A stretch of DNA of 64,000 nucleotides. Origin: Herpetosiphon aurantiacus DSM 785. GTDB taxonomy: Bacteria > Chloroflexota > Chloroflexia > Chloroflexales > Herpetosiphonaceae. The position numbers and the translations under genes are program-made. The stretch is from positions 249,199-313,198 of the forward strand of contig CP000875.1 of the NCBI GenBank assembly GCA_000018565.1. The letters run 5' to 3'. Shown piece by piece: positions 8,041 through 17,205 of this stretch. Each line of letters begins with the position of its first letter. Within the stretch, counting starts at the first letter, position 1. Below the pieces are notes generated by a model. It did not search any database. It had not been told where the DNA came from and saw only the letters and a program-made list of their open reading frames with translations.

Positions 8041-9654
8041 TTATGGCAGCCACTCCATAATTGAGCCATTGACGAAAGGTGCGGCGGCTTGGCCCGAGCC
8101 AATTTCATAGATAAACGTGCCTTGGCCAATCGTTTCGTAGGTGACATAACGTCCATCGGGTGACCACTTGCCCCACACCCGAACTTCGTAGGAACCGCCG
8201 CTGCTTGGTGGCGCAACTAATTCTTTATCGCCAGTATCGGCATTGATCAGCAGCAACGAGCCATCGTTATAATTATCGAGCATATACCAATTGGCATCGG
8301 GCGAAATTCCGCTCAGATAAAAATCGCCAATTTTTTGCAATGTTTCAACCTCGCCCGTGGCTGGGTCGAGCAAACAAACCCCACGATCAAAGTTTGAACG
8401 ATCGCAAAAATCGTCGTAGATGATTTTGCTATCCTTGGTCCACCATGCATCAGAAGTAAACACATCGGCAAGTTTGGCGAGATTGCTGCCATCAGCATTA
8501 ATCACATTGAATTCGATACCATCCTGACCAGCAGCAAACAAAATCGTTTGATTATCAGGCGACCAACTCAACGGATCAAAATCGATCAAGCCGGTGGTTG
8601 TCAGTTGTTTTTCGTTATTACTGGCCAGATCATAAACATATAGATTTTGATCTTCCTTGGTTTCAAAATCGATATCGCTGGTGATAAAGGCAAATTTGCT
8701 GCTATCAGGCGACCAGCTCAAGCTTTGGGGAGCCATATTCTGCAATTCAATCACGCTGCGGCTATTACTGCCATCACCATCGGCTAAATAAATGTTGGTT
8801 TTTGCGCCGTCGCGTACAAAAAAGGCCATAGTTTTGCCATCAGGCGACCAACTCAGTAAATCGTTGTAATAGGCTTGTCCGCCAAGATCAAGCGGGCTGA
8901 CTGAGCCAGTGCTCATGGTTTGGCGCACCAATTCAAAGCTATCATCAAGATAAATCAGCTCGCCAGTGAGATCAGTTGGGGCGCTACCACCAGCCGCTTG
9001 AGTTGGCAAATCGTTGGATTCATTGGTTGGCGTTGGTTGATCGGCCGGATCACTTTGGCCTTGAGTTGGCTCAACAGTTGGCTCGCTGGTTGGCTCAACC
9101 AGTGGATCGCCAGCTGCTTGTTCGGTTGGCTCGGCGATTTTGGTTGGAATCGGAGTCCAGGTTGGGCCAGTCGCAACATTGCCACTTTCGCCATTGTTTG
9201 AATCGTTGTTGCCGAGGAAATAATAAGCCCCTGCGCCGCCGCCAATCAACAGCAAGGCCAAGCCACCACCAATCAACCAATGCCCAAGGTTCTTCGATTT
9301 TGCAGTAGGTTGGGCATAGTTGGGTGGGGTCGGCGGGGTATATTGAGGTAACGGAAAATTGGGTTGGGTTGATGGCCCTTGCCCAAAGCCACCAACATTG
9401 CTGGTTGAGCTAGGGCTTTGGTAGTTGTTGACGACTTGGGTTGGTGGATCATTTAGCGGTTGCGTGCCGCTCCGCCGTGGCGCATACGGCGAATCATCAT
9501 GATCGCTGCTGCTTGGTAAGGGCTGCGAACCGAAAACCGCGCTGCCCAACACTTGGGTTGATTGACCTGCGGCGGGCTGCCGCGAGCCACATTCAGAACA
9601 ATAGACCGAGCCATCGGCAAGCGCGGCTCGACAAACGACACACGATTGAGCCAT
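8041..9654 (-). CDS. Zinc-ribbon / single-TM / PD40 (TolB-like) beta-propeller repeat protein
   Basis: An N-terminal CVVCRAALADGSVYCSECGS zinc ribbon is followed by a Pro-rich linker and a TM helix (WLIGGGLALLLIGGGAGAYYF). Repeated (L)SWSPDG-type PD40 motifs follow (WSPDGK, WSPDSS, WSPDNQ, KWSPDGR). Confidence 0.6.
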   Translation of the reverse strand: MAQSCVVCRAALADGSVYCSECGSRQPAAGQSTQVLGSAVFGSQPLPSSSDHDDSPYAPRRSGTQPLNDPPTQVVNNYQSPSSTSNVGGFGQGPSTQPNFPLPQYTPPTPPNYAQPTAKSKNLGHWLIGGGLALLLIGGGAGAYYFLGNNDSNNGESGNVATGPTWTPIPTKIAEPTEQAAGDPLVEPTSEPTVEPTQGQSDPADQPTPTNESNDLPTQAAGGSAPTDLTGELIYLDDSFELVRQTMSTGSVSPLDLGGQAYYNDLLSWSPDGKTMAFFVRDGAKTNIYLADGDGSNSRSVIELQNMAPQSLSWSPDSSKFAFITSDIDFETKEDQNLYVYDLASNNEKQLTTTGLIDFDPLSWSPDNQTILFAAGQDGIEFNVINADGSNLAKLADVFTSDAWWTKDSKIIYDDFCDRSNFDRGVCLLDPATGEVETLQKIGDFYLSGISPDANWYMLDNYNDGSLLLINADTGDKELVAPPSSGGSYEVRVWGKWSPDGRYVTYETIGQGTFIYEIGSGQAAAPFVNGSIMEWLP

Positions 9655-9694
9655 AACTACTCCTTACACATTGGCTTCGCTCGAAGCCATTCCG

Positions 9695-10894
9695 CTACAT
9701 TTGCACTCCCAATACATCTGCAACGGTGAAAATATCTTTATCGCCACGCCCCGACAGATTGACCAAAATAATGCTTTCTTTGCTCATGGTTGGGGCTAAA
9801 CGTACAGCTTCGGCAATCGCATGCGACGATTCTAAGGCTGGGATAATGCCTTCAGTTCGACAGAGCATTTGAAAACCATTCAAGGCCTCTTCGTCGGTGG
9901 CATAGGTATAGAAAGCCCGTTCCTCGTCGTGGAGCCAAGCGTGCTCTGGGCCTACAGCAGCATAATCGAGACCAGCAGAAATGCTATGGGTATTGGCAAT
10001 TTGGCCATCGCTATTTTGCAGCACATACGAACGGGTGCCTTGGAAAACGCCCAAGCGCCCGCCTGCAAACCGCGCTGCATGGCGACCAAGCTCAATTCCA
10101 TGACCACCAGCTTCAACTCCTCGCAAATCAACATGTTCATCGTTGATAAAGGCGTGGAACATCCCGATTGCGTTCGAGCCACCCCCAACGCAAGCAATAA
10201 TCGTGTTGGGCAATTTGCCAGTTGCTGCTAAAATTTGCTCGCGGGCTTCAATTCCGATGATGCTTTGAAATTCGCGTACCATCAATGGATAAGGGTGTGG
10301 GCCAAGCGCCGAGCCAAGCAAATAGTACGAATCGGGGTTGCTGACCCAATCGCGCATGGCTTCGTTAACTGCATCTTTGAGGGTTTTCGAGCCAGTGCTG
10401 ACTCCACGCACATCGGCTCCCAGCAAGCGCATACGAAAGACATTGGGCTTTTGGCGCTCCATATCTTCGGTGCCCATATAGACCACACATTGCAGCCCAA
10501 GCAGGGCACAAACGGCAGCGGTAGCAACGCCATGCTGGCCAGCGCCAGTTTCAGCGATGATCCGCTGTTTGCCCATGCGTTTGGCCAACAAGCCTTGCCC
10601 TAAGGCATTATTGATTTTATGTGCGCCAGTGTGGGTCAGGTCTTCGCGTTTGAGCCAAATTTGAGCACCACCCAATTCCTCGGTCAAGCGGCGGGCATAG
10701 GTGAGGGCAGTTGGTCGGCCCGTATAGGTCTGGTGCAAATGTTGGAGTTCAGCCTGAAACTCAGGGTCGGTGCGAATCCGAAAAAAGGCTTCGGTTAATT
10801 CTTCGATCGCGGCCATCAAGGTTTCTGGCACATAGCGTCCACCGAAATCCCCATAGCGGCCATTTAATTCATCAAGAACAGCGTGATCGGTCAT
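9695..10894 (-). CDS. trpB: Tryptophan synthase beta chain
   Basis: The PLP-lysine region [13 protein letters not shown], the GGGSNAIG loop and the length of about 400 aa are typical of TrpB1. The start is taken at the ATG encoding [24 protein letters not shown]. Confidence 0.9.
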   Translation of the reverse strand: MTDHAVLDELNGRYGDFGGRYVPETLMAAIEELTEAFFRIRTDPEFQAELQHLHQTYTGRPTALTYARRLTEELGGAQIWLKREDLTHTGAHKINNALGQGLLAKRMGKQRIIAETGAGQHGVATAAVCALLGLQCVVYMGTEDMERQKPNVFRMRLLGADVRGVSTGSKTLKDAVNEAMRDWVSNPDSYYLLGSALGPHPYPLMVREFQSIIGIEAREQILAATGKLPNTIIACVGGGSNAIGMFHAFINDEHVDLRGVEAGGHGIELGRHAARFAGGRLGVFQGTRSYVLQNSDGQIANTHSISAGLDYAAVGPEHAWLHDEERAFYTYATDEEALNGFQMLCRTEGIIPALESSHAIAEAVRLAPTMSKESIILVNLSGRGDKDIFTVADVLGVQM

Positions 10895-10904
10895 AATTGT
10901 TCCT

Positions 10905-11447
10905 TTAGCGTGCTTGAATAAAATCTTCAGCAACCCAACCTTGGCCAATTGCCGATTCGATCAGCCACCAAGTGTAATCATCGCCTTGGCGTGGCCCATC
11001 GATGATCGTAATCAGCTCGCCTGGATCAAGCGCCCCAATCGGCTCACCTTGAATACTGGGATCAGGCCGGATGCGCACTTGTTCGAGGGTGATCGCCTCG
11101 CCACCAATTTCAATCACCAATTGGGTTGGGGTTGGTGGGGCAGGAGTGGCAATCGCAAAAGGTGGAAAGGTTGGCGAAGCAGTCACCGGAGTTACCGTCA
11201 CCATCACAACTAGCGGAGTTGGTGGCGTGCTCAAAACGCCGCGATCGCGCAAAAACCAACCACCAGCCAGCCCCACCAGCAACAGCGCCGGAATCAAGAA
11301 AAAGAGAAAATTTGGCTTTGGTTTGGGTGGGCCATTCACAATTTCATCATAGCCACGTTTATAATCGTGGTAGGTGTGATAAAACAATTGATTCAGCGTG
11401 CCATTTTCCGCATCACGCCGCCCCTGATCATAATATGGCGAAGGCAT
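10905..11447 (-). CDS. Membrane-anchored Pro-rich protein with C-terminal SH3b-like domain
   Basis: A single TM ([19 protein letters not shown]) is followed by a Pro/Thr-rich linker. The C-terminal block [30 protein letters not shown] resembles bacterial SH3_3 domains. Confidence 0.4.
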   Translation of the reverse strand: MPSPYYDQGRRDAENGTLNQLFYHTYHDYKRGYDEIVNGPPKPKPNFLFFLIPALLLVGLAGGWFLRDRGVLSTPPTPLVVMVTVTPVTASPTFPPFAIATPAPPTPTQLVIEIGGEAITLEQVRIRPDPSIQGEPIGALDPGELITIIDGPRQGDDYTWWLIESAIGQGWVAEDFIQAR

Positions 11448-11502
11448 ATCAACACTCCATAAAAGCCATGTTTGACCTTAGTATCATTCTCTGGCGATTT
11501 TG

Positions 11503-12126
11503 TCAATCAACGAAGGCTGCTAGTGGCTTGAACGAGCGTCGATGTAAGCCCGATGGGCCGTGGGCTGCCAAGGCTCGTTGATGCTGGGCTGTGCCATAGC
11601 CTTTATGCGCGGCCCAGCCATAACGCGGGTCACGTTGGTCGTATTCGTGCATCAAGTTATCGCGATAGACTTTGGCGATAATTGAGGCCGCTGCCACCGA
11701 AATGCTGATTGCATCGCCTTTGGGCAGCGAGCGTTGCAATAATGGCAATTCGGGCAATTTAACCCAATCGATCACTAATCCATCGGGCAAGCTTGGCAGG
11801 CTTAAAACCGCATGCATCATAGCCCATTTGGTAGCTTCGGCAATCCCAAATAAATCGATCAGATGGGCCGAAACCACGCCGAGGCCAATCCCGCTGGCCA
11901 AGTGGCGAATCTGTTGGGCCATCGCCTGACGAGCTTCGGCACTCAAGGTTTTCGAATCGTTGATGCCTGCCAAGGCCACAGGGTCGTTGAGCAAATGGGT
12001 TGGGAAGCTGACGGCTGCGGCGACAACTGGGCCAGCCCAGCAGCCTCGACCAACTTCATCGACTCCTGCGACGATTCGCGCACCGTTGCGCCAAAGTTGT
12101 TGTTCTTCGTGAATTCCAATTGTCAT
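11503..12126 (-). CDS. rnhB: Ribonuclease HII
   Basis: VAGVDEVGRGCWAGPVVAAAV is the RNase HII N-terminal catalytic motif (DEVGRG). Confidence 0.85.
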   Translation of the reverse strand: MTIGIHEEQQLWRNGARIVAGVDEVGRGCWAGPVVAAAVSFPTHLLNDPVALAGINDSKTLSAEARQAMAQQIRHLASGIGLGVVSAHLIDLFGIAEATKWAMMHAVLSLPSLPDGLVIDWVKLPELPLLQRSLPKGDAISISVAAASIIAKVYRDNLMHEYDQRDPRYGWAAHKGYGTAQHQRALAAHGPSGLHRRSFKPLAAFVD

Positions 12127-12174
12127 AGGTTGGTTGTTGGGGGCTGGGGATTGGGGGCTGGGTTGAGTCAGACC

Positions 12175-12891
12175 CTAATCCAGTCTAATATCAATTAATT
12201 GGTTAGCTTTTTCGGCGATGAAGATTTGGACTTGCGAGCGCCCAACCTGTTTGATGTGAGTGTTGACGCGAAAGCCTGCTTCTTGCAAACGCTGGATGCG
12301 TGGGTCAAGTTGGCTGGTTGGCGCTTCAGGGTTGCTGTGTCGCCCAAACACTAGCCGATAGATTAACCCGATGATCATGGCATACAGGCTATTGGGAATA
12401 CTGCCGCCATCGACAATATACAATTTGCCATCGCTGGTCAGTACCCGTTGCAATTCGGCCAAGGTACGTCGATCAAATAAATAAGGCGCTGGAAAGGTCG
12501 AAAGCACCGCCGACCAACTGGCATCAGCATAGGGCAAGGCTTGGGCAACTGCCCGAACCAGCGTGGCTTGGGGCGCTCGGCGGCGGCTCAAACCCAACAT
12601 TTGGCGTGATTCATCAAGGCCAATTGTAAGGCTTGGTTGATCTTGGCGAGCTTGTTGGACATAGCCCGTGCCACAGCCAAGCTCCAGCAAGTGCTGATCA
12701 GCAACGTCAGGCAATGCTGCCAGCACCCATTGGCTCCAATAGCCCTGCGACATCAGCCACGCGACCAAATCATAGGTAAAGGCAGCTTCATGATAAAAGC
12801 GCTCAAAGGCCCAAATGACCAACGCTTGCATTCGTTGCAGCATCGCCAATGCTCCCAAAAATACAAACGCGAGTGCAGGCTTGGCCCACAC
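12175..12891 (-). CDS. Class I SAM-dependent methyltransferase
   Basis: Motif I LELGCGTGY is present. Confidence 0.6.
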   Translation of the reverse strand: MWAKPALAFVFLGALAMLQRMQALVIWAFERFYHEAAFTYDLVAWLMSQGYWSQWVLAALPDVADQHLLELGCGTGYVQQARQDQPSLTIGLDESRQMLGLSRRRAPQATLVRAVAQALPYADASWSAVLSTFPAPYLFDRRTLAELQRVLTSDGKLYIVDGGSIPNSLYAMIIGLIYRLVFGRHSNPEAPTSQLDPRIQRLQEAGFRVNTHIKQVGRSQVQIFIAEKANQLIDIRLD

Positions 12892-12924
12892 CCGCGCAGG
12901 GTTTTGCAGCTATAACGAAAACGA

Positions 12925-13281
12925 TTAACCGCGGCGTTCTTTGATCCGAGCGGCTTTACCAGTGCGACCGCGCAGGTAGTACAGGTTGGCTTGGCGAACT
13001 TTACCAGTCCGTACCAATTTCACGCCGTCGATCCGTGGTGAGTGCAGCAAGAATGTCCGCTCAACACCAATACCGTGTGAGGCAATCCGGCGCACGGTGA
13101 AGTTTTCGTTGACACCCATGCGGCGGCGGCGAATCACGACACCTTCAAAGTCTTGAATCCGTTCGCGGGTACCTTCAACAACTTTGACGCTAACGCGAAC
13201 CGTGTCGCCAACGCGGAATTCTGGCACATCTTTGCGCAGATATTCGTTTTCAATTTCGTGAATAACGGGAGCCTGTTGCAT
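12925..13281 (-). CDS. rplS: 50S ribosomal protein L19
   Basis: The full-length L19 signature is present ([27 protein letters not shown] ... GVERTF ... YYLRGR). Confidence 0.9.
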   Translation of the reverse strand: MQQAPVIHEIENEYLRKDVPEFRVGDTVRVSVKVVEGTRERIQDFEGVVIRRRRMGVNENFTVRRIASHGIGVERTFLLHSPRIDGVKLVRTGKVRQANLYYLRGRTGKAARIKERRG

Positions 13282-13384
13282 TGCTCTGCCTTTATTTCTA
13301 GTGCGTAGAGCCGTATCTCTCGGCGCTGATTAATCGCTAAAGTTCATTGGCATACAGCGGATACGGTCGCTGGACAAACAACAA

Positions 13385-13415
13385 GCGTGTGAACTTCACA
13401 CGCCGTTTCTTTTCG
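13385..13415. promoter_or_regulatory. Perfect palindrome GCGTGTGAAGTTCACACGC followed by CGTTTCTTTTCG in the rplS / 13533-gene divergent intergenic region
   Basis: Seen directly. It could be a leader hairpin or terminator. The function is unknown. Confidence 0.3.
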
Positions 13416-13532
13416 TGCCAATCAATTGACCGCGCGATTATAGCATAGCTGGTTAGTTATGGCAACTGCACAGATCACACAGCAATGCTATACTTTACCA
13501 ATTCTCAGCCCAGTTAATCTAGGATCAAAGCT

Positions 13533-14447
13533 ATGCGTGCACTGTTGTTAGGCTTGTTGGCCTCGCTCTTTTTTGCTTCGACCTTTGTGCTCAATCGCTT
13601 GATGGAGTTGGCGGGAGGCCATTGGCTGTGGAGTGCCAGCCTGCGTTATTTGTTTATGCTGGTTCCGTTATTGGCGATTGTGGTATGGCGCGGCAAGCTC
13701 GGTTTGGTGTTGCAAGAGTTGCGTCAACAGCCTTGGCAATGGCTATGCTGGAGCACGATTGGCTTTGGTTTATTTTATGCGCCGCTCTGTTTTGCCGCCA
13801 AATATGCTCCAGCGTGGTTGGTTGCCAGCACTTGGCAGATCACCATTATTGCTGGAGCCTTGGTTGCGCCGTTGTTGCAAACCAAAGCTGCCCCCAGCCA
13901 ACCTGCTTGGCATTGGCGCAGTTTAGCGATTTCGAGCCTGATTTTGTTGGGTGTGGCAGTGATTCAATTGCAACATGCAGCGGCGATTGGCTGGCGTGAA
14001 GTTCTTTTGGGCTTTGTGCCAGTTGTCATCGCCGCATTTGCCTATCCGCTGGGCAATCGCGCCATGATGCAACTCTGTGGCCAGCGCTTGGCAACCTTTG
14101 AACGCGTGCTGGGCATGACAATTGCCAGCCTACCGTTTTGGCTGATTTTGGCAGGCGTGGCGGCAACCACGGTTGGTTGGCCGAGCACAAGCCAAATCTT
14201 CCAATCGTTGTTGGTTGCGCTATTGGCAGGCGTAATCGCAACCGTGCTATTTTTCAAAGCGACTGATTTAGCTCAGCACCATCAAGGCCAATTGGCGGCA
14301 GTTGAGGCAACCCAAGCAGGCGAAGTCGTCTTTGCCTTGGTTGGCGAGATTGTGCTTTTGCATAGCCCTGCGCCAACAGCACTGACATTGGCAGGCCTTG
14401 GCGTGATTATTTTAGGCATGATTTTGCACAGTTGGTTCAGTCACTAA
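13533..14447 (+). CDS. Polytopic membrane protein (about 10 TM; DMT/EamA-like fold possible)
   Basis: The hydrophobicity pattern shows about 10 helices. There are no soluble domains. A possible extended -10 element TGCTATACT lies at 13486-13494. Confidence 0.5.
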   Translation: MRALLLGLLASLFFASTFVLNRLMELAGGHWLWSASLRYLFMLVPLLAIVVWRGKLGLVLQELRQQPWQWLCWSTIGFGLFYAPLCFAAKYAPAWLVASTWQITIIAGALVAPLLQTKAAPSQPAWHWRSLAISSLILLGVAVIQLQHAAAIGWREVLLGFVPVVIAAFAYPLGNRAMMQLCGQRLATFERVLGMTIASLPFWLILAGVAATTVGWPSTSQIFQSLLVALLAGVIATVLFFKATDLAQHHQGQLAAVEATQAGEVVFALVGEIVLLHSPAPTALTLAGLGVIILGMILHSWFSH

Positions 14448-14511
14448 CGCCATTTAATATCCATTTAGCTTTGCTATGCTACTTCTATTACGATTTAGAA
14501 GGAGCAAGGCT

Positions 14512-15615
14512 ATGCTACGGCGCTTATTATTGGCTGGAATGGTGCTGCTGTTGGTTGGTTGCCAAGAGCCACTAGCGCAACTTGATTGCTTTCGTCCACT
14601 CATAAATACCCCAACCACCCAACTGCCAACAGGTCAACGTTTGGTGATGATTGATCGGATTCTGGCGATTGAACCAGCCCCGACTAAACCAATCACCTTA
14701 CAATTTGCCTTAGTGAATAATCCATCGACCCAATTTAGTTTCAATTTCAATCAAAAAAATAACCATGTTAAGTTTGTTGATCTAGAAAACTTTTTTGGCA
14801 TTAAGCCTATTGCAACGCTTGAATGCCAAGATAGTTTTGCGCCACAGCATTATTCATTTGTATTAGAAGTTATTGCCAGCACTAAAACCTATACTCAACC
14901 ATTTGATGTTGAATACAAAGCCGATATTAACGACTTTAATTATTATGGTTTTCAATTTACGCAATCAATAGATGGAATATTAATGACTGTAACTATTATT
15001 GGCATTGGATTAATCTTTTTATCGATCATGTATGGTGTGATTTTGGTTATTCTATTTAGAAATAAATTATATACCAAAAAATTAGTAGTAGCCATATTAT
15101 TAAGTAAATTATTTTTAATAATAGTTATTTTTCATATTGATTTTTATAATTTCAATCAAAAACCGCCGCTTTATTGCTACTCAATGATTATAGTTGCTAA
15201 TGAAACATATCAACCATTAGGCGAAGGCATAAAAATGTTTCCTAATGCGATTCAAAGCCAAACTACTGATCTTGAATTTTACCCAATGTATACCGATCTC
15301 TATAATGATAGTGAACGCTACATATATAACAATGATATATATAGGTATCGATTTTACCTCAAACATATGCCAGCCCTGCATTCTGTTCCCACCTATCCTA
15401 ATTGTGAGCGAGAGTTTGATTTTACCTATATTGATATGTATAAGTTTAAGCAAAACAACGAAGTTAGCACTATTCCAATAATCATTAAGCCATTTTATAA
15501 AGATCAACTTGATAATAATGCCGATTTTATTCTTGCCTATGATTTTGCGGGAGCAATATTAACCTTATCAATCCTTGCAATTCCAATGCTGCTGTTTATC
15601 CGCTCGCAGCGCTAA
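14512..15615 (+). CDS. Lipoprotein / membrane protein with abrupt intragenic GC drop (N-terminal part about 50% GC, remainder about 32% GC)
   Basis: GGAGCAAGG lies upstream of ATG 14512. A signal peptide with lipobox LLVGC is present. Three predicted TM helices follow. The second half is extremely Asn/Tyr/Ile/Lys/Phe-rich. Confidence 0.5.
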   Translation: MLRRLLLAGMVLLLVGCQEPLAQLDCFRPLINTPTTQLPTGQRLVMIDRILAIEPAPTKPITLQFALVNNPSTQFSFNFNQKNNHVKFVDLENFFGIKPIATLECQDSFAPQHYSFVLEVIASTKTYTQPFDVEYKADINDFNYYGFQFTQSIDGILMTVTIIGIGLIFLSIMYGVILVILFRNKLYTKKLVVAILLSKLFLIIVIFHIDFYNFNQKPPLYCYSMIIVANETYQPLGEGIKMFPNAIQSQTTDLEFYPMYTDLYNDSERYIYNNDIYRYRFYLKHMPALHSVPTYPNCEREFDFTYIDMYKFKQNNEVSTIPIIIKPFYKDQLDNNADFILAYDFAGAILTLSILAIPMLLFIRSQR

Positions 15616-15705
15616 CGATTGGCTCAATTGTGCTACTGAAATTGGCTTGAGCATCTGCTACACTAGAGCCACCGGATTATTTCAGGCTGCGAAAGGATCG
15701 CTGCA

Positions 15706-16800
15706 ATGAGCAAGCCGATTAATCTCCACGAGTATGAGCAACAGGCAATGACGCTGTTGGATGGCCCAACCTGCGATTATTATGCAGGTGGCTGCGAGGA
15801 TGAAGTGACTTTGCGAGCGAATCTGCTTTCGTTTGAGCAGGTACGTTTGCGCCCACGCTTTTTGGTCGATGTGCGTGAAGTCTCAACCGCTACAACTCTG
15901 CTAGGCAAGCCGCTTGATTCGCCAATTTTGGTTGCACCATCGGCCTACCATGGCTTGGCCCATGCTGAGGGCGAATGTGAAACTGCACGCGGTGTGGCTC
16001 AAGCTGGCTCAATTTTCACCGTAAGCACGCTCGCCACCCGCTCGTTGGAAGAAGTTGCGGCTGCCGCCGAATGCCCGCTCTGGTTTCAATTGTATGTCTA
16101 TCGTGATCGCAGCGTGTCGGAGCGTTTGATTGCTCGCGCCGAAGCTGCTGGCTATCAAGCTTTGATGTTGACGATTGATCGCCCGTGGCTTGGGCGGCGC
16201 GAGCGTGAGTTACGCAGTGGTTTTGGCGTGCCTGCTCATCTGAGTATGGCCAATTTTCGCGATGTGCCTGCCGCTCAGAACTATCGGCGTGCTGGCCCGA
16301 ATGCCTTGCCCGACCCCAAAGCCGATATGTTCGATGCTGGGTTAACTTGGGAATCGATCGCTTGGTTGCGCTCAGTGACCAGTTTGCCCATCATCGTCAA
16401 AGGGATTTTGACCGCTGAGGATGCGCTGTTGGCGGCAGAGGCAGGCGCGGCGGCGATCGTGGTGTCAAATCATGGTGGCCGCCAAATTGATGGTACAGTT
16501 ACCACGCTTGAAGCCTTGCCCGAAGTTGTCGCAGCATTGGCGCAAAGCCCGTGCGAAATTTATATCGATGGCGGGATTCGCCGCGGCAGCGATGCGCTTA
16601 AAGCCTTGGCCTTAGGAGCGCAGGCAATTATGCTTGGGCGGCCAGTCTTATGGGGCTTGGCAGTGGCGGGTAGTGCTGGGGTTGCCGATGTGCTGACGAC
16701 CATGCAGCGTGAATTGCAACGCTCGATGGCGCTATGTGGCCGCCCCAATTTAGCCAGCATCGATCGCAGCTTAGTGCGACCAAGCGGCATGGTTTTCTAA
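15706..16800 (+). CDS. FMN-dependent alpha-hydroxy-acid dehydrogenase/oxidase (LldD / glycolate oxidase family)
   Basis: The family motifs are present: LTIDRPWLGRRERELRSGF, SNHGGRQIDG and the GGIRRG FMN-binding loop. Confidence 0.8.
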   Translation: MSKPINLHEYEQQAMTLLDGPTCDYYAGGCEDEVTLRANLLSFEQVRLRPRFLVDVREVSTATTLLGKPLDSPILVAPSAYHGLAHAEGECETARGVAQAGSIFTVSTLATRSLEEVAAAAECPLWFQLYVYRDRSVSERLIARAEAAGYQALMLTIDRPWLGRRERELRSGFGVPAHLSMANFRDVPAAQNYRRAGPNALPDPKADMFDAGLTWESIAWLRSVTSLPIIVKGILTAEDALLAAEAGAAAIVVSNHGGRQIDGTVTTLEALPEVVAALAQSPCEIYIDGGIRRGSDALKALALGAQAIMLGRPVLWGLAVAGSAGVADVLTTMQRELQRSMALCGRPNLASIDRSLVRPSGMVF

Positions 16801-16806
16801 AATAGA

Positions 16807-16890
16807 GGGGTCAGGGGCTAGTGTTCAGTCCATACGACAGGAGTCCTTCGTGGCCTTCGTGGATCAAAACCTGGCCATGACCCCTGACCC
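16807..16890. repeat. Composite hairpin element: GGGGTCAGGGG ... TCCTTCGTGGCCTTCGTGGATC ... CCCCTGACCC
   Basis: An inverted repeat GGGGTCAGGGG (16807-16817) / CCCCTGACCC (16881-16890) encloses an inverted copy of the GATCCACGAAGG unit. It lies immediately downstream of the oxidase gene's stop codon. Confidence 0.6.
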
Positions 16891-16935
16891 TTCGATCGCA
16901 ATGGTATAATTCATGATTACTAGGAGGTCGTACTC

Positions 16936-17187
16936 ATGAATGGTTTTGTGATTGGTTTGACCCTAACGATGATCGTTGGTGGCTTGGTCTTGATAATTGG
17001 GCCAATCTATTTGCGCCGCCGTTGGGATAATGAGACCCAGCGCAATTGGGAGCACGATGAATTTGATCGTAAGGTCAAGCGCTATAACGACGATATCGCC
17101 AATCGTCAGCGCGATTATGATATTGTCAATGTGCTGAGTGGCCGCGAAACGCCGACCGTGGTTGATCGCTATCGTGATAAAGATTGA
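16936..17187 (+). CDS. Small single-TM protein
   Basis: This 83 aa ORF has an N-terminal TM (FVIGLTLTMIVGGLVLIIGPIYL) and a charged C-terminus. An AGGAGG RBS precedes it. Confidence 0.35.
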   Translation: MNGFVIGLTLTMIVGGLVLIIGPIYLRRRWDNETQRNWEHDEFDRKVKRYNDDIANRQRDYDIVNVLSGRETPTVVDRYRDKD

Positions 17188-17205
17188 GCCTGAATTGAGC
17201 GTGGC

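Noticed and set aside
8019-8216. 65-aa ORF overlapping the 3-prime end of the PD40 gene
   Set aside because: It is out of frame and overlaps a well-supported gene. It has no features of its own.
9695-10948. Standalone TrpB2-type tryptophan synthase
   Set aside because: The length of about 400 aa and the HTGAHKINN / GGGSNAIG motifs fit ordinary TrpB1. The 18-codon N-terminal extension in the track ORF is probably not translated.
14700-15615. IS element or transposase in the AT-rich half of 14512..15615
   Set aside because: No DDE or HUH transposase motifs were found. There are no terminal inverted repeats and the frame is continuous with the upstream lipoprotein signal peptide. It is treated as a compositionally anomalous coding region instead.
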